Positions 18,491 through 27,543 of a DNA stretch of 64,000 nt are shown one piece after another (position 1 is the stretch's first letter; each line of letters begins with the position of its first letter). The notes beneath the pieces were generated by a model that worked only from the letters and a program-made list of their open reading frames with translations, was not told where the DNA came from and ran no database searches. The translations under genes and the position numbers were made by a program. Source of the DNA: an uncultured Gemmatimonadales bacterium (GTDB taxonomy: Bacteria > Gemmatimonadota > Gemmatimonadetes > Gemmatimonadales > GWC2-71-9); contig CAVSQW010000014.1 in assembly GCA_963730185.1 (NCBI GenBank), positions 160,001 to 224,000 of the forward strand. Direction: 5' to 3'.

Positions 18491-20017
18491 TCAGGAGCCC
18501 GGCCCGCTCCCGCGCTCGTCACTCCGCTTGAACTCCCCGAACTGGTCGATCGACACCGTTGCCGGCTGCCCGTCCCGCCCGATGGTGAACGTCGCGAAGC
18601 TGTCGCCGAAGAGCGGGAACTTCCGCCAGTGCACCCGGAAGGTGTCGTAGTGCCAGTGGGTCAGGTCCCCGGTGAACTGGGGTCCGTAGCGGAGTACCAG
18701 CGTCCCGTTCTCCAGCGCGATCTTCATCGTCCCGAAGGCGCTGTCGGCATAGCTGCCGGCGTAGCGGCCCAGCGCCAGCGACGGCGACGTGCCCTTCACG
18801 TGGCTTGCCTCGAGCCGTTCGGCCGCGGCCTGGACCCGCGTGGCGGCCCGCTCGCGCGACTTCCGTAACGCGGTGATCTTGTCCGGCGCACCGCCGCCCA
18901 GGTACCGGTCGAAGATCGCGTAGCCGAGTGCGGACGGCAGGGGTGACGAGTTGAGGTTGGTGAGGATCACGACGCCGACCTGCTCGTCGGGCATCATCGC
19001 GACCCAGGCCGTCATGCCGTCGATGTTGCCGCCGTGGTGGACGAGGAATTGGCCCCGGTAGTCCTCGAGGAACCAGCCAATCCCGTAGGCCGCGAAATGG
19101 GCTTCTCGGTTGCCGGCCGGCGCGCTGCCCCGGATCAGGAACTGCGGCCGGTGGGTCTCGTCGAAAGCTTTCCCGCCGAGGAGCGGCTTCCCGTCGAGCT
19201 TGCCGCCGGCCAGCTGGAACCGGAGCCACTGCGCCATGTCGAGCACGTTGGAGTTGATGGCGCCGGCCGGCGCCACCACGTCGACGTTCCGGTGCTGAAT
19301 GGCGCGCAAGGTGTCGTCAATCTCGGCGTGGGGCGCGGCCAGGTTCGAGACGCCCGCGAGCTCTCGCACCGAGGTGCTCGATTCCCGCATGCCGAGGGGC
19401 GCGAAAATCCGCCGCTCGACGAAATCACCCCAGGAGGAGGCGCCCGACGCCTCCACCAGCGCCATTCCCGCCGCCAGGTACATCAGATTCTGGTATCCGA
19501 ACTGGGTCCGGAAGCTCGAGCTCGGCTTGACGAACCGGAGCCGCCGGAGGAGCTCCCGGCTGTCGAACTGCTCGCTGATCCAGACCAGATCGGTGCGGGC
19601 GAGCCCGCTCCGGTGGGTGAGCGCGTCGCGGAGGGTGAACTCGCGGGTGACCCAGGGGTCGGAGAGCCGGAAATCGGGGAGGTAGGTCGTGAGCGGGGCG
19701 TCCCAGGCCATCTTGCCCTGGTCGACCATCATCGCGACGCCGAGACCGGTGAAGGCCTTGGAGGAGGAGCCGATGGCGAAAATGGTGTGGGGGTCGACCG
19801 GGGTGGACTCGCCGAGCCGCCTCACGCCAAAGCCCTTGGCGTAGACGACCGAGTCGTGGCTCACGATCGCGACGGCGAGACCCGGGTTCTCGAAGCTCCC
19901 GAGGGCGGCGGAGACGTAGTCGTCCAGACCGGTCAGCGGCGATTGCTGGGCGGCCGCCGTCGAGACGAGGCCGGCGAGCAGGAGGGCGAGGCTGAGCGTT
20001 CGGTTAACGATGCGCAT
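18491..20017 (-). CDS. Serine hydrolase (beta-lactamase family) with DUF3471 domain
   Basis: SSSK, YQN, HGG motifs; signal peptide. Confidence 0.92.
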   Translation of the reverse strand: MRIVNRTLSLALLLAGLVSTAAAQQSPLTGLDDYVSAALGSFENPGLAVAIVSHDSVVYAKGFGVRRLGESTPVDPHTIFAIGSSSKAFTGLGVAMMVDQGKMAWDAPLTTYLPDFRLSDPWVTREFTLRDALTHRSGLARTDLVWISEQFDSRELLRRLRFVKPSSSFRTQFGYQNLMYLAAGMALVEASGASSWGDFVERRIFAPLGMRESSTSVRELAGVSNLAAPHAEIDDTLRAIQHRNVDVVAPAGAINSNVLDMAQWLRFQLAGGKLDGKPLLGGKAFDETHRPQFLIRGSAPAGNREAHFAAYGIGWFLEDYRGQFLVHHGGNIDGMTAWVAMMPDEQVGVVILTNLNSSPLPSALGYAIFDRYLGGGAPDKITALRKSRERAATRVQAAAERLEASHVKGTSPSLALGRYAGSYADSAFGTMKIALENGTLVLRYGPQFTGDLTHWHYDTFRVHWRKFPLFGDSFATFTIGRDGQPATVSIDQFGEFKRSDERGSGPGS

Positions 20018-20081
20018 GGTCAATCGGGGTTGACGGGATGATGAGCCGGCGGGACGTTGGACTCGGGCAGGGCGGCGGTCG

Positions 20082-21731
20082 TCACGGCGTGCCGGCCGAC
20101 CGGCGTCCGAGCGCCCCGTGGTAGCCGGGTCCCCGGAGCGCGCGGCCGGGCAGGGCGTCGGTCGTCGCGCCATCCGCGACCACGGCGACGCCGTTGACGA
20201 AGAGCCACCGGACGCCCTCGGCGTAGTGATTGGGGTCCTCGAACGTGGCCCGGTCGATGATCGTCTTCGGGTCGAAGACCACGACGTCGGCGGCGAGACC
20301 GGGGGCGATCCGGCCCCGGTCGGTGAGCCCGGTGATCGAGGCCGGAAGCGAGGTGAGCCGCCGGACGGCCTCTTCCAGGGACATCAGCTTCTCCTCCCGG
20401 ACGTAGTGTCCCAGCCACCGCGGGAAGGTGCCGAGCATCCGGGGATGGAGCAACGGCCATTGCTGGGGCCGGCTCAGGTCCACCGGCATGCCGTCGGTCC
20501 CGCCGCCGACGTACGGAGCCTGGAGCACCTGGCGGAGGGTGGCTTCGTCGTTGTTCCAGTCGATGATCAGCCCGACGCCTTTGGCGGCGAGGACCACGTC
20601 CAGGTAGGCGTCGTCGCCCGAGATCCCCCGTTCGGCGGCCACCTCCGAGACCAGCTTCCCGTTCACCGCCGAGTCCGCCACGCCGAGCCGGACCTTGTCC
20701 CATCCGACCAGGGCGTAGAACGGTTCCTCGTGACGGAACCCCCAGGCGATGCGCTTGCGGAGCGACCGGTCGGCGACCCGGGCGAGCATGCTGTCGGTGC
20801 CCCCGGCCTGGACCCACGACGGGAGGTAGTCGGCCAGTCCGGAGATCCCCCAGGTATAGGTGTAGCTGTCGCCGGTGATCCGGACGCCTCGGGCCCGGGC
20901 CGAATCGATGATCGCGAGGAAGGTCGGGGCGTTGGTCGACGCGACCGAGTTGAGGTGGAACAGGTGGACCGGCAGTCCGGCGGAGTCGGCGATGGTGATC
21001 GCTTCCCGTACCGCATTGGGGTCCTTGCCGTTGATGGTCCGGATGTGGGTGGCGTAGATCCCGCCCGCGGCCGCGGCCTCACGGGCCAGGGCGATGAGCT
21101 CGTGGGTCGAGGCGTAGATGTTGGGGGCGTAGCTGAGAGCGCTGGAGACGCCGAGGGCGCCTTCGGCCATCGCTTCCCGCACCACGGCGCGCATCGAGTC
21201 GAGCTCGGCCGGCGTCGGGGCCCGGTCGTCGTACCCGATGACGTAGGCCCGAGCCGCGCCGCTGCCGACGTAGCTCGCGAAGTTGGCGGCGTTCCCCCGC
21301 GCGGCCAGCGTGTCGAGGAAACCGCCCAACGTGGACCAATGCATGGCGAGGTCGGGCCGAAGCTGGTCGGGGCCCCGCTTCCCGCCCAGCGGACCCATCG
21401 ACCAGTCCTCGCCGTAGATCTCGGTGGTGATGCCCTGGAGACTGAACGAGGGGCCGTGGCCGTCCTCGAGCCGGTCGTACTCGGAATGGCTGTGCAGGTC
21501 GAAGAATCCCGGCGCGACGACCAGGCCGGACGCATCGATGGTCCGGGCCGCCCGGCCGGTCAGGGCGCCGACCGCGACGATCGAGTCACCGCGGAGGGCG
21601 ATGTCGGCCGGGCGGCCTGGCGCGCCGGTGCCGTCGACCACGGTCCCGCCCCGGATCAGCACGTCGTACTCGGGGGCTCGAGCACACCCGGCGAGCCAGA
21701 CGGCGAGAACGCCAACGGTAAAGAGCTTCAT
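20082..21731 (-). CDS. N-acyl-D-amino-acid deacylase (lipoprotein)
   Basis: Lipobox LAGC; PGFFDLHSH, HIR, GTDG, HPR..GTFPR. Confidence 0.9.
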   Translation of the reverse strand: MKLFTVGVLAVWLAGCARAPEYDVLIRGGTVVDGTGAPGRPADIALRGDSIVAVGALTGRAARTIDASGLVVAPGFFDLHSHSEYDRLEDGHGPSFSLQGITTEIYGEDWSMGPLGGKRGPDQLRPDLAMHWSTLGGFLDTLAARGNAANFASYVGSGAARAYVIGYDDRAPTPAELDSMRAVVREAMAEGALGVSSALSYAPNIYASTHELIALAREAAAAGGIYATHIRTINGKDPNAVREAITIADSAGLPVHLFHLNSVASTNAPTFLAIIDSARARGVRITGDSYTYTWGISGLADYLPSWVQAGGTDSMLARVADRSLRKRIAWGFRHEEPFYALVGWDKVRLGVADSAVNGKLVSEVAAERGISGDDAYLDVVLAAKGVGLIIDWNNDEATLRQVLQAPYVGGGTDGMPVDLSRPQQWPLLHPRMLGTFPRWLGHYVREEKLMSLEEAVRRLTSLPASITGLTDRGRIAPGLAADVVVFDPKTIIDRATFEDPNHYAEGVRWLFVNGVAVVADGATTDALPGRALRGPGYHGALGRRSAGTP

Positions 21732-21798
21732 GTGCGAATCGTCGATGGAGGACTTCACCATGATACGGCCGGCACAGTGAATCCGCCGCCCCCGACCC

Positions 21799-23547
21799 TC
21801 ACCGGCGTGGCGGCGCCTCGGGTGCCGGCATGACCGGCAGCAGGACGAAGGACGGGTGCTCGCGATCGTGATGGATCGTCTGGTGCGCCACGAACGAGGC
21901 GGTGTCGGTCGCGATCGGGTTCCCGGTGTTGGCATTCGGCGCCACGGCGGGGCTGGCGCTGCTGGAGAGGTCGATCCGGATCCGATGCCCGGGCAGGAAC
22001 ACGTGGCCGAGATCGAAAAGCTCGATCCGGTAGGTCTCCACGGCGCCGGGCGTGACCGGTTCCTCTCGATCGTAGCCGTGCCGGTACCGGGCTCGCCGCA
22101 CGCCGACCGTCTTGGATCCCAGCTTCGGCGCCCGGCCGTCGGGATAGACGTCCATGATCTTCGCCATGAAGTCGGTGTCGCGGGCGTCGGTGGCCGCGGC
22201 AATCTCGACGAACACCGTGCCGACCACCGTCACCGCCTGGTCCAGCGGCGCCGATGTGTAGACCAGGACGTCGTCGCGGCCCTCGAGGTGTCGCTGATCG
22301 ACGCCGTCCTCCTGGACTTCCGCGATCGGGATCGGCGCCGCCGGGTCGTAGGTGTAGCGGTCCGCCGGCTCCGGCGCGTCGGGCCTGGTCCAGTCGAGCG
22401 TCCCGTCGCCCGAGAAGGTGTTGGCATGGCCTGCGCTATGGAGATAGAGGCGCCGAACGGCCGCCTCGGGCGGCGGGTAGTCCGTCAGGTCGCGCCATTG
22501 GTCGATGCCCGTCAGATAGATCCGGGCCCGGGGCGCCGTGAACGTGCCTTGACCCTCGAGGCAGGCGTCGAACCAGCGAAAGTCGTTGGCCTGGACGTCC
22601 ACGACCGACTGGGGCGAGAACTCCAGCTCGCCCAGCCGGGTGGGACCGTGGCCATAGATGGTGGTGATGTGCTGCCAAGGACCGATCAGCAGGTACTGCC
22701 GGTCCCGGGCCGGCGAGTGGCGCCGCATCCCCCGCCAGTAGTGGAGCGCGCCGGACTGGTCGGCATCGAACCAGCCGGTGACCGTGAGCGCCGGCAGGTC
22801 GATCCGGGCGAAGTCGGTGTCGTCGACCGTGATCCGCCGCCAATACTCGTCGAAGGTCGGATGGCGGAGCCAATCCTGGTAGACCGGCATGTGCCGGCCC
22901 ATCGCCGAATCCATCGATCCGAGCGGACGATGCCGGTAGATCGGCTCCCAGTCGACCAAGGCCGCGTTCGGGTCCTGCGCGATGTGTCCCGACGTCAGGT
23001 TCGCCCAGCCGAGCGCGAACCCCATGAGGAAGGCGCCGCCCAGGTAGGGCGTCTCGTCGAACCAGCGTCCCGCGGCCGCTTTGGGCAGGAGGCAGGCCAG
23101 GTGGGGCGGACGCTCGCGCGCGGCCAGCCACTGGACCGTTCCGACGTACGAGCCGCCGGTCATGCCCACGCGTCCGTTCGACCAGGGCTGGGCCGCGAGC
23201 CATTCGATCGTGTCGTACCCGTCGGTGGCGTCGTCCTGAAGCCAGGAGAACCGTCCGTCCGAGTCGCCCCGGCCCCGGGTGTCCTGCGCCACGAAGACGT
23301 AGCCTCGGCCGGCGTAGGCGTGGGCGAACGCCGCCATCTTCGCGCCGGTCTTGAGGTACGGCGTCCGGGTCAGGACGATCGGGTAGCGGCCGGGCGCGGC
23401 CGGGAGCCAGATGTCGGCGGAGAGCGTGACGCCGTCCCGCATCGGAATCCGGACGTCGAACAGCTGGCGCACCGCCGGTTGGGCCTGGGCCCGGCCGACG
23501 AGGGTGCTGACCAGGATGACGCCCCCGAGAGCCGGCCCGAGCCTCAC
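21799..23547 (-). CDS. CocE/NonD family hydrolase
   Basis: IPMRDGVTL, RTPY, GGSYVG, GWFD, GPWQH. Confidence 0.93.
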   Translation of the reverse strand: MRLGPALGGVILVSTLVGRAQAQPAVRQLFDVRIPMRDGVTLSADIWLPAAPGRYPIVLTRTPYLKTGAKMAAFAHAYAGRGYVFVAQDTRGRGDSDGRFSWLQDDATDGYDTIEWLAAQPWSNGRVGMTGGSYVGTVQWLAARERPPHLACLLPKAAAGRWFDETPYLGGAFLMGFALGWANLTSGHIAQDPNAALVDWEPIYRHRPLGSMDSAMGRHMPVYQDWLRHPTFDEYWRRITVDDTDFARIDLPALTVTGWFDADQSGALHYWRGMRRHSPARDRQYLLIGPWQHITTIYGHGPTRLGELEFSPQSVVDVQANDFRWFDACLEGQGTFTAPRARIYLTGIDQWRDLTDYPPPEAAVRRLYLHSAGHANTFSGDGTLDWTRPDAPEPADRYTYDPAAPIPIAEVQEDGVDQRHLEGRDDVLVYTSAPLDQAVTVVGTVFVEIAAATDARDTDFMAKIMDVYPDGRAPKLGSKTVGVRRARYRHGYDREEPVTPGAVETYRIELFDLGHVFLPGHRIRIDLSSSASPAVAPNANTGNPIATDTASFVAHQTIHHDREHPSFVLLPVMPAPEAPPRR

Positions 23548-23648
23548 GACGGCCGCCGGGCGGGGTTGAACACCACGCACCCGCCGGCGAAGACGGCGAT
23601 CGCAAAGAGCGCGATGCCCCACATGATGTCGAAGTACCAGATGGTCAC
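23544..23648 (-). CDS. 34-aa single-pass membrane peptide (not in ORF track)
   Basis: GGAGG RBS, GTG start, MTIWYFDIMWGIALFAIAVFAGGCVVFNPARRPS, GTGA coupling to the CocE gene. Confidence 0.65.
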   Translation of the reverse strand: MTIWYFDIMWGIALFAIAVFAGGCVVFNPARRPS

Positions 23649-23726
23649 GAGGCCTCCGTGGTGAGGTGCGGTCCTCGTTGCGGCGGGGTGGCGCCTAACG
23701 CCTCCAGGGCGGCCCCATTCGCGCGA

Positions 23727-24746
23727 TCACGACTTGGCGCGCCAGCTCTCTCCGGCCACCAGCTCGCGGATCAGGTCCTCGCTGGTCCGATCGGCCGCCT
23801 CGGCCGCGAAGTTGGTGACCACGCGGTGGCGGAGCACGGCGGGCGCGACGGCCTTCACGTCGGCCAGGTCGGCCATCGGCCGCCCGTCCATCGCGGCGCG
23901 GGCCTTGGCGCCGAGCACCAGATACTGCGACGCCCGCGGCCCGGCGCCCCACTCGACGTACTCCTTGATCAGCGCCGGGGCGTCGGCGTCGACCGGCCGG
24001 GTCATCCGGGCCAGTGACACGGCCGAGGCGATCAGGCCGCGGGACACCGGAATGCGCCGGACCAGCTGCTGCATCGAGTGGAGCGACTCGGCGTCGAGCA
24101 CCGCCCGGAGCTCGACGGCCCGGTTCCCGGTGGTCTGCTCGACGATCGCCTCTTCCTCGGCCCTGGACGGGTAGCCGATCCGGAGCTCCAGCATGAACCG
24201 GTCGAGCTGGGCCTCGGGCAGGGGATAGGTCCCCTCCTGCTCGATCGGGTTCTGGGTGGCGAGCACGAAGAACGGGTCCGGCAGCTGGTAGGTCTTCCCG
24301 GCCGCGGTGACCTGGTGCTCCTGCATGGCCTGGAGCAGGGCCGCCTGGGTCTTGGGTGGGGTCCGGTTGATCTCGTCGGCCAGGACCACGTGGGCGAAGA
24401 TGGGCCCGGGCACGAACCGGAAGCCGCGCCGCCCGGTGGCGGGATCCTCCTCGACGATCTCGGTGCCGGTGATGTCGCCCGGCATGAGGTCGGGAGTGAA
24501 CTGGACCCGGTTGAACGACAGCTCGAGCGCCTCGGCCACGGTCTGGACCATCAGGGTCTTGGCCAGGCCGGGCACGCCGATCAGGAGGGCATGGCCGCCC
24601 GAGAGGATCGCCGTGAGGATCCCGTCGACCGCCCCGGTCTGCCCGACGATCCGCTGGGCCACCTGTTCGCGGAGCAGCGTGACCGCGGCGGCCAGGCGTT
24701 CGAGCTCATTCACGTCGTCGTGCTGGGAAAGCTTCGGGAGAGCCAT
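23727..24746 (-). CDS. MoxR family AAA+ ATPase
   Basis: GVPGLAKT, RVQFTPDLMPGD, DEINR, ATQNPIEQEGTYPLPEAQLDRF. Confidence 0.95.
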   Translation of the reverse strand: MALPKLSQHDDVNELERLAAAVTLLREQVAQRIVGQTGAVDGILTAILSGGHALLIGVPGLAKTLMVQTVAEALELSFNRVQFTPDLMPGDITGTEIVEEDPATGRRGFRFVPGPIFAHVVLADEINRTPPKTQAALLQAMQEHQVTAAGKTYQLPDPFFVLATQNPIEQEGTYPLPEAQLDRFMLELRIGYPSRAEEEAIVEQTTGNRAVELRAVLDAESLHSMQQLVRRIPVSRGLIASAVSLARMTRPVDADAPALIKEYVEWGAGPRASQYLVLGAKARAAMDGRPMADLADVKAVAPAVLRHRVVTNFAAEAADRTSEDLIRELVAGESWRAKS

Positions 24747-24792
24747 GGCGAGTCCGGGGCGGAGCGGGATCACGAGGCGGAGGTGGAGATTA

Positions 24793-24956
24793 GTGGGAGG
24801 GGCAGGGACGGGGAAGGGACGAGGGGGGACGGGGGGAGACGGGGTGGGACGGGGTGGGGCTGGCGGGACGGGAGGGAGACGGGCAGTCGACGGCCGGCCG
24901 TCCCACCCCATCCCACCCCGTCCCACACCATCTCACCCCATCCCCTCCCGTCCCCC
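24793..24956. repeat. G-tract/C-tract decamer tandem repeat element
   Basis: About 9 units of GGGGTGGGAC-like followed by about 6 units of TCCCACCCCR. Confidence 0.85.
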
Positions 24957-24963
24957 TTTTCGC

Positions 24964-24992
24964 TTGCGAAATTTTTCACAAGCGCCTAAAAT
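24964..24992 (+). promoter_or_regulatory. Sigma70 promoter of atp operon overlapped by a Rex-like operator
   Basis: TTGCGA-N17-TAAAAT; TTGCGAAATTTTTCACAA has one mismatch to TTGTGAAnnnnTTCACAA. Confidence 0.75.
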
Positions 24993-25004
24993 TCCCCCTG
25001 TCGG

Positions 25005-25268
25005 ATGACAGATGACCAGCGGGATAACGGGCTCGGCGAGGGGACGCAGTATCTCGCCTCGGCGCTCCGGTTCGCGGGCGGAACCATCCTGTTTCTGTTC
25101 ATCGGATTGGGGCTCGACCGGTGGCTCGGGACCACGCCGTTTTTGACCATTGGCGGGGCTCTGGGGGGGGCTGGCCTGAGCTTTTTCAGCGTCTACCGCG
25201 AGTTCACGGCGGACCCGGACCATCCGGAGCTCAAGAAGTGGTCTGGAAAACGGCGGGACTCGGAGTAG
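25005..25268 (+). CDS. AtpZ/AtpI family protein
   Basis: Two TM helices, GLGLDRWLGTTPFL motif, first gene of the atp operon. Confidence 0.85.
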   Translation: MTDDQRDNGLGEGTQYLASALRFAGGTILFLFIGLGLDRWLGTTPFLTIGGALGGAGLSFFSVYREFTADPDHPELKKWSGKRRDSE

Positions 25269-25588
25269 TCCTCTCGGCGGCGCTCGCGCTGCTCTTCGGA
25301 CGGCTTTGGGATCCTCAGGCGGCGGTGGCGGGCCTCACGTTCGGGCTGCTGGCCACGGCGCTCCAGACCGCGGCGGTCGGCTTGATGCGGCCGGCGGTCG
25401 GGAGTCGTGAGGCGGGCCGGTTGTTCAAGCGGTACGGGGCCGGGTTGGCCCTTCGGTGGCTGGGGGTGCTCCTGGTCCCGGTGGCGGTACTGGTGGCGCG
25501 GGGTCGGTTCGCGCCGCTTCCGACGGCGTTCGGCTTTATCGGGGTGATCATCCCGTTGCTCTTTTTCGAGGCCCGGCTCTTTCGATGA
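25238..25588 (+). CDS. ATP synthase subunit I-like membrane protein
   Basis: Four hydrophobic helices between atpZ and atpB; start uncertain. Confidence 0.65.
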   Translation: MVWKTAGLGVVLSAALALLFGRLWDPQAAVAGLTFGLLATALQTAAVGLMRPAVGSREAGRLFKRYGAGLALRWLGVLLVPVAVLVARGRFAPLPTAFGFIGVIIPLLFFEARLFR

Positions 25589-26433
25589 TGATGCAGCGAC
25601 CAGATCTCAACATCGGCGAGATCATCCTCCACCACACCTCCGACGAGTACTCGATCGGCATGGAGCCGTTCTGGAAGTTCTCGTGGGAGAAGTGGCCGGA
25701 CACCCATCTGGGCCCGATCACCGTCAACCTGACGCCCACCAAGCACGTGATCTTCATGGTGCTGGCGGCGATCCTGGTGCTGGTGACGATGGCGGTGGCG
25801 GCCCGGGGTCTCAAGAAGCAGCGGGCCCACGAGCGGGCGCCGACCGGGTTTTCGGGCTTCATCGAGTATCTGGTGCTCTGGCTCCGGGACGAGCTGGCGA
25901 TCGCGAAGATCGGCCACGACGGCGTCAAGTACGCCCCCCTGATCGTGGGGCTCTTCTTCTTCATCCTCTACATGAACCTGTTCGGCCTCCTGCCCTGGGG
26001 CTCGACGGCCACGGGCAACCTGGCCGTGACCGCGACGCTGGCGATCGTGGTATTCCTGATCGTGGAGATCTCGGGCTTCCTCAAAATGGGCGCCAAGGGG
26101 TACCTCCGGACCATCTTTCCCCACATCCCCGGGGTGGACGGGGCGTTCGGGGCGGTGCTGACCGTGTTCATGGCGCCGATCGAGATTCTGGGCAAGTTGG
26201 TGAAGCCGTTCGCGCTTGCCGTCCGACTGTTCGGCAACATGACGGCCGGCCACTTCGTCATCCTCTCGCTGGCGGGGATCATTCTCTACTTCGGCAGCTG
26301 GCTGATCGGCGGCGCGACGGCGGTGCTGATCGCGACGATCATGCTGCTCGAGACGCTGGTGGCGGGGATCCAGGCGTACGTATTCGCGTTGTTGACCGCG
26401 ACCTTCATTGGAATGATGCAGGAAGCCCATTGA
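25585..26433 (+). CDS. atpB: F0F1 ATP synthase subunit a
   Basis: KPFALAVRLFGNMTAGH, IQAYVF. Confidence 0.96.
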   Translation: MMMQRPDLNIGEIILHHTSDEYSIGMEPFWKFSWEKWPDTHLGPITVNLTPTKHVIFMVLAAILVLVTMAVAARGLKKQRAHERAPTGFSGFIEYLVLWLRDELAIAKIGHDGVKYAPLIVGLFFFILYMNLFGLLPWGSTATGNLAVTATLAIVVFLIVEISGFLKMGAKGYLRTIFPHIPGVDGAFGAVLTVFMAPIEILGKLVKPFALAVRLFGNMTAGHFVILSLAGIILYFGSWLIGGATAVLIATIMLLETLVAGIQAYVFALLTATFIGMMQEAH

Positions 26434-26437
26434 TGAT

Positions 26438-26520
26438 AGGGAGCGGGGAGTAGGGAGTACGGAGCAGGGAGTGAATAGCTACTCCCTCCCTCGTCAGTAC
26501 TCACGACTTCCAAGTCACTA
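26438..26520. repeat. Heptamer tandem repeats (GGGAGTA / CAGTACT type)
   Basis: GGGAGCG GGGAGTA GGGAGTA CGGAGCA GGGAGTG followed by complementary-type units. Confidence 0.7.
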
Positions 26521-26521
26521 T

Positions 26522-26680
26522 CCGGGTTCGCTCACCCGGTTGCAGGAACGTAGGAACGTACTCCGCCGAATGGCGGGGGAAGCCCACTGCCTCGACGGCG
26601 CTGGTGGGCACCGCGAGAAGGTTCCGCCGGGAGAGCGGGGCCGGGATCGCTGGGAGCGAGACACGACACTGACTCTCCCA
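26522..26680 (+). ncRNA. Candidate structured RNA between atpB and atpE
   Basis: Five consecutive stems of 6-10 bp containing G-U pairs on the + strand. Confidence 0.45.
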
Positions 26681-26699
26681 CCGAACTGGAGAAGCACCC

Positions 26700-26975
26700 A
26701 TGCTGTTGAACTTGCTGGCGCTGTTGCAGGAGCCGGGAACGGCCGAGATCGCCAAGAACACCAACGCGCTGCTGGGCGCCGGTATCGGCCTCGGTCTGGC
26801 GATCGTGGGCTGCGGCATCGGCCTCGGGCTGATCGGCGGCAACATCGCCAGCGGCATCGCCCGGCAGCCGGAAGCCGCGAAGGACATCGCGAACGGTCCG
26901 TTCATCATCGCGATCCTGCTCGAGGGCGTGACGATCATCTCGCTGGTTTTCGCGCTCCTGTTCAAGCTGCTCTAG
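26700..26975 (+). CDS. atpE: F0F1 ATP synthase subunit c
   Basis: GxGxG motif, ARQPE loop, ion-binding Glu in LLEG. Confidence 0.96.
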   Translation: MLLNLLALLQEPGTAEIAKNTNALLGAGIGLGLAIVGCGIGLGLIGGNIASGIARQPEAAKDIANGPFIIAILLEGVTIISLVFALLFKLL

Positions 26976-26994
26976 GCCGGAAGGAGACGTCCCC

Positions 26995-27543
26995 ATGACG
27001 GTGCCGATGCTCGCGCTCCTCCTGGCCGCCGAAGGCGAGGGTGGTGGCGCCGGCCCGTTCAGCGTGAACTTCGGGCTGACGTTCTGGACCCTGATTGTCT
27101 TCGGGATCTTTCTGTTCTTCTTCCGGAAGACGTTCTGGGCCACGATCGTCGCTCGAGCCGAGGAGCGGGAGGAAACCATCGCCCGGCAGTTGAGTCAGGC
27201 CGAGTTGGCCAATGCCGAGGCGAAGGCGCTGTTCGAGAAGCACACCCAGCTCCTGGCTGCGTCGCGGGCCGAGGCGCAGTCGATGTTGGCCGAGGCCAAG
27301 GCGGCGGGCGACAAGGAGCGGCAGGCGGCGTTGGAGCGGACCAGGCACGAGCAGGAAGCGCTGCTCGACCGGGCCCGGCGCGATGTGGCGGCCGAGAAGG
27401 ACAAGGCCATCGCGGAGCTCCGCCGAGAGGCGGTGGACCTGGCGCTGGGCGCCGCGGCCAAAGTGATCGGCCAGCGGCTCGATTCCGCGGACGACCGCCG
27501 GATGGTGATGGAGTACCTGGCCAAGGTGGAGACGACCCATTGA
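26995..27543 (+). CDS. atpF: F0F1 ATP synthase subunit b
   Basis: N-terminal TM followed by coiled coil; operon position. Confidence 0.93.
   Translation: MTVPMLALLLAAEGEGGGAGPFSVNFGLTFWTLIVFGIFLFFFRKTFWATIVARAEEREETIARQLSQAELANAEAKALFEKHTQLLAASRAEAQSMLAEAKAAGDKERQAALERTRHEQEALLDRARRDVAAEKDKAIAELRREAVDLALGAAAKVIGQRLDSADDRRMVMEYLAKVETTH

Noticed and set aside
18491..20017. Beta-lactamase-family and MBL-fold genes as antibiotic resistance genes
   Set aside because: Motifs fit generic serine hydrolases and metallo-hydrolases; resistance cannot be inferred.
24793..24956. Repeats as a CRISPR array
   Set aside because: Short tandem units without unique spacers, and no cas genes.
26700..26975. Na+-coupled or N-type ATPase
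   Set aside because: The c subunit lacks the Na+ ligand set and the gene order is not that of N-ATPase operons.
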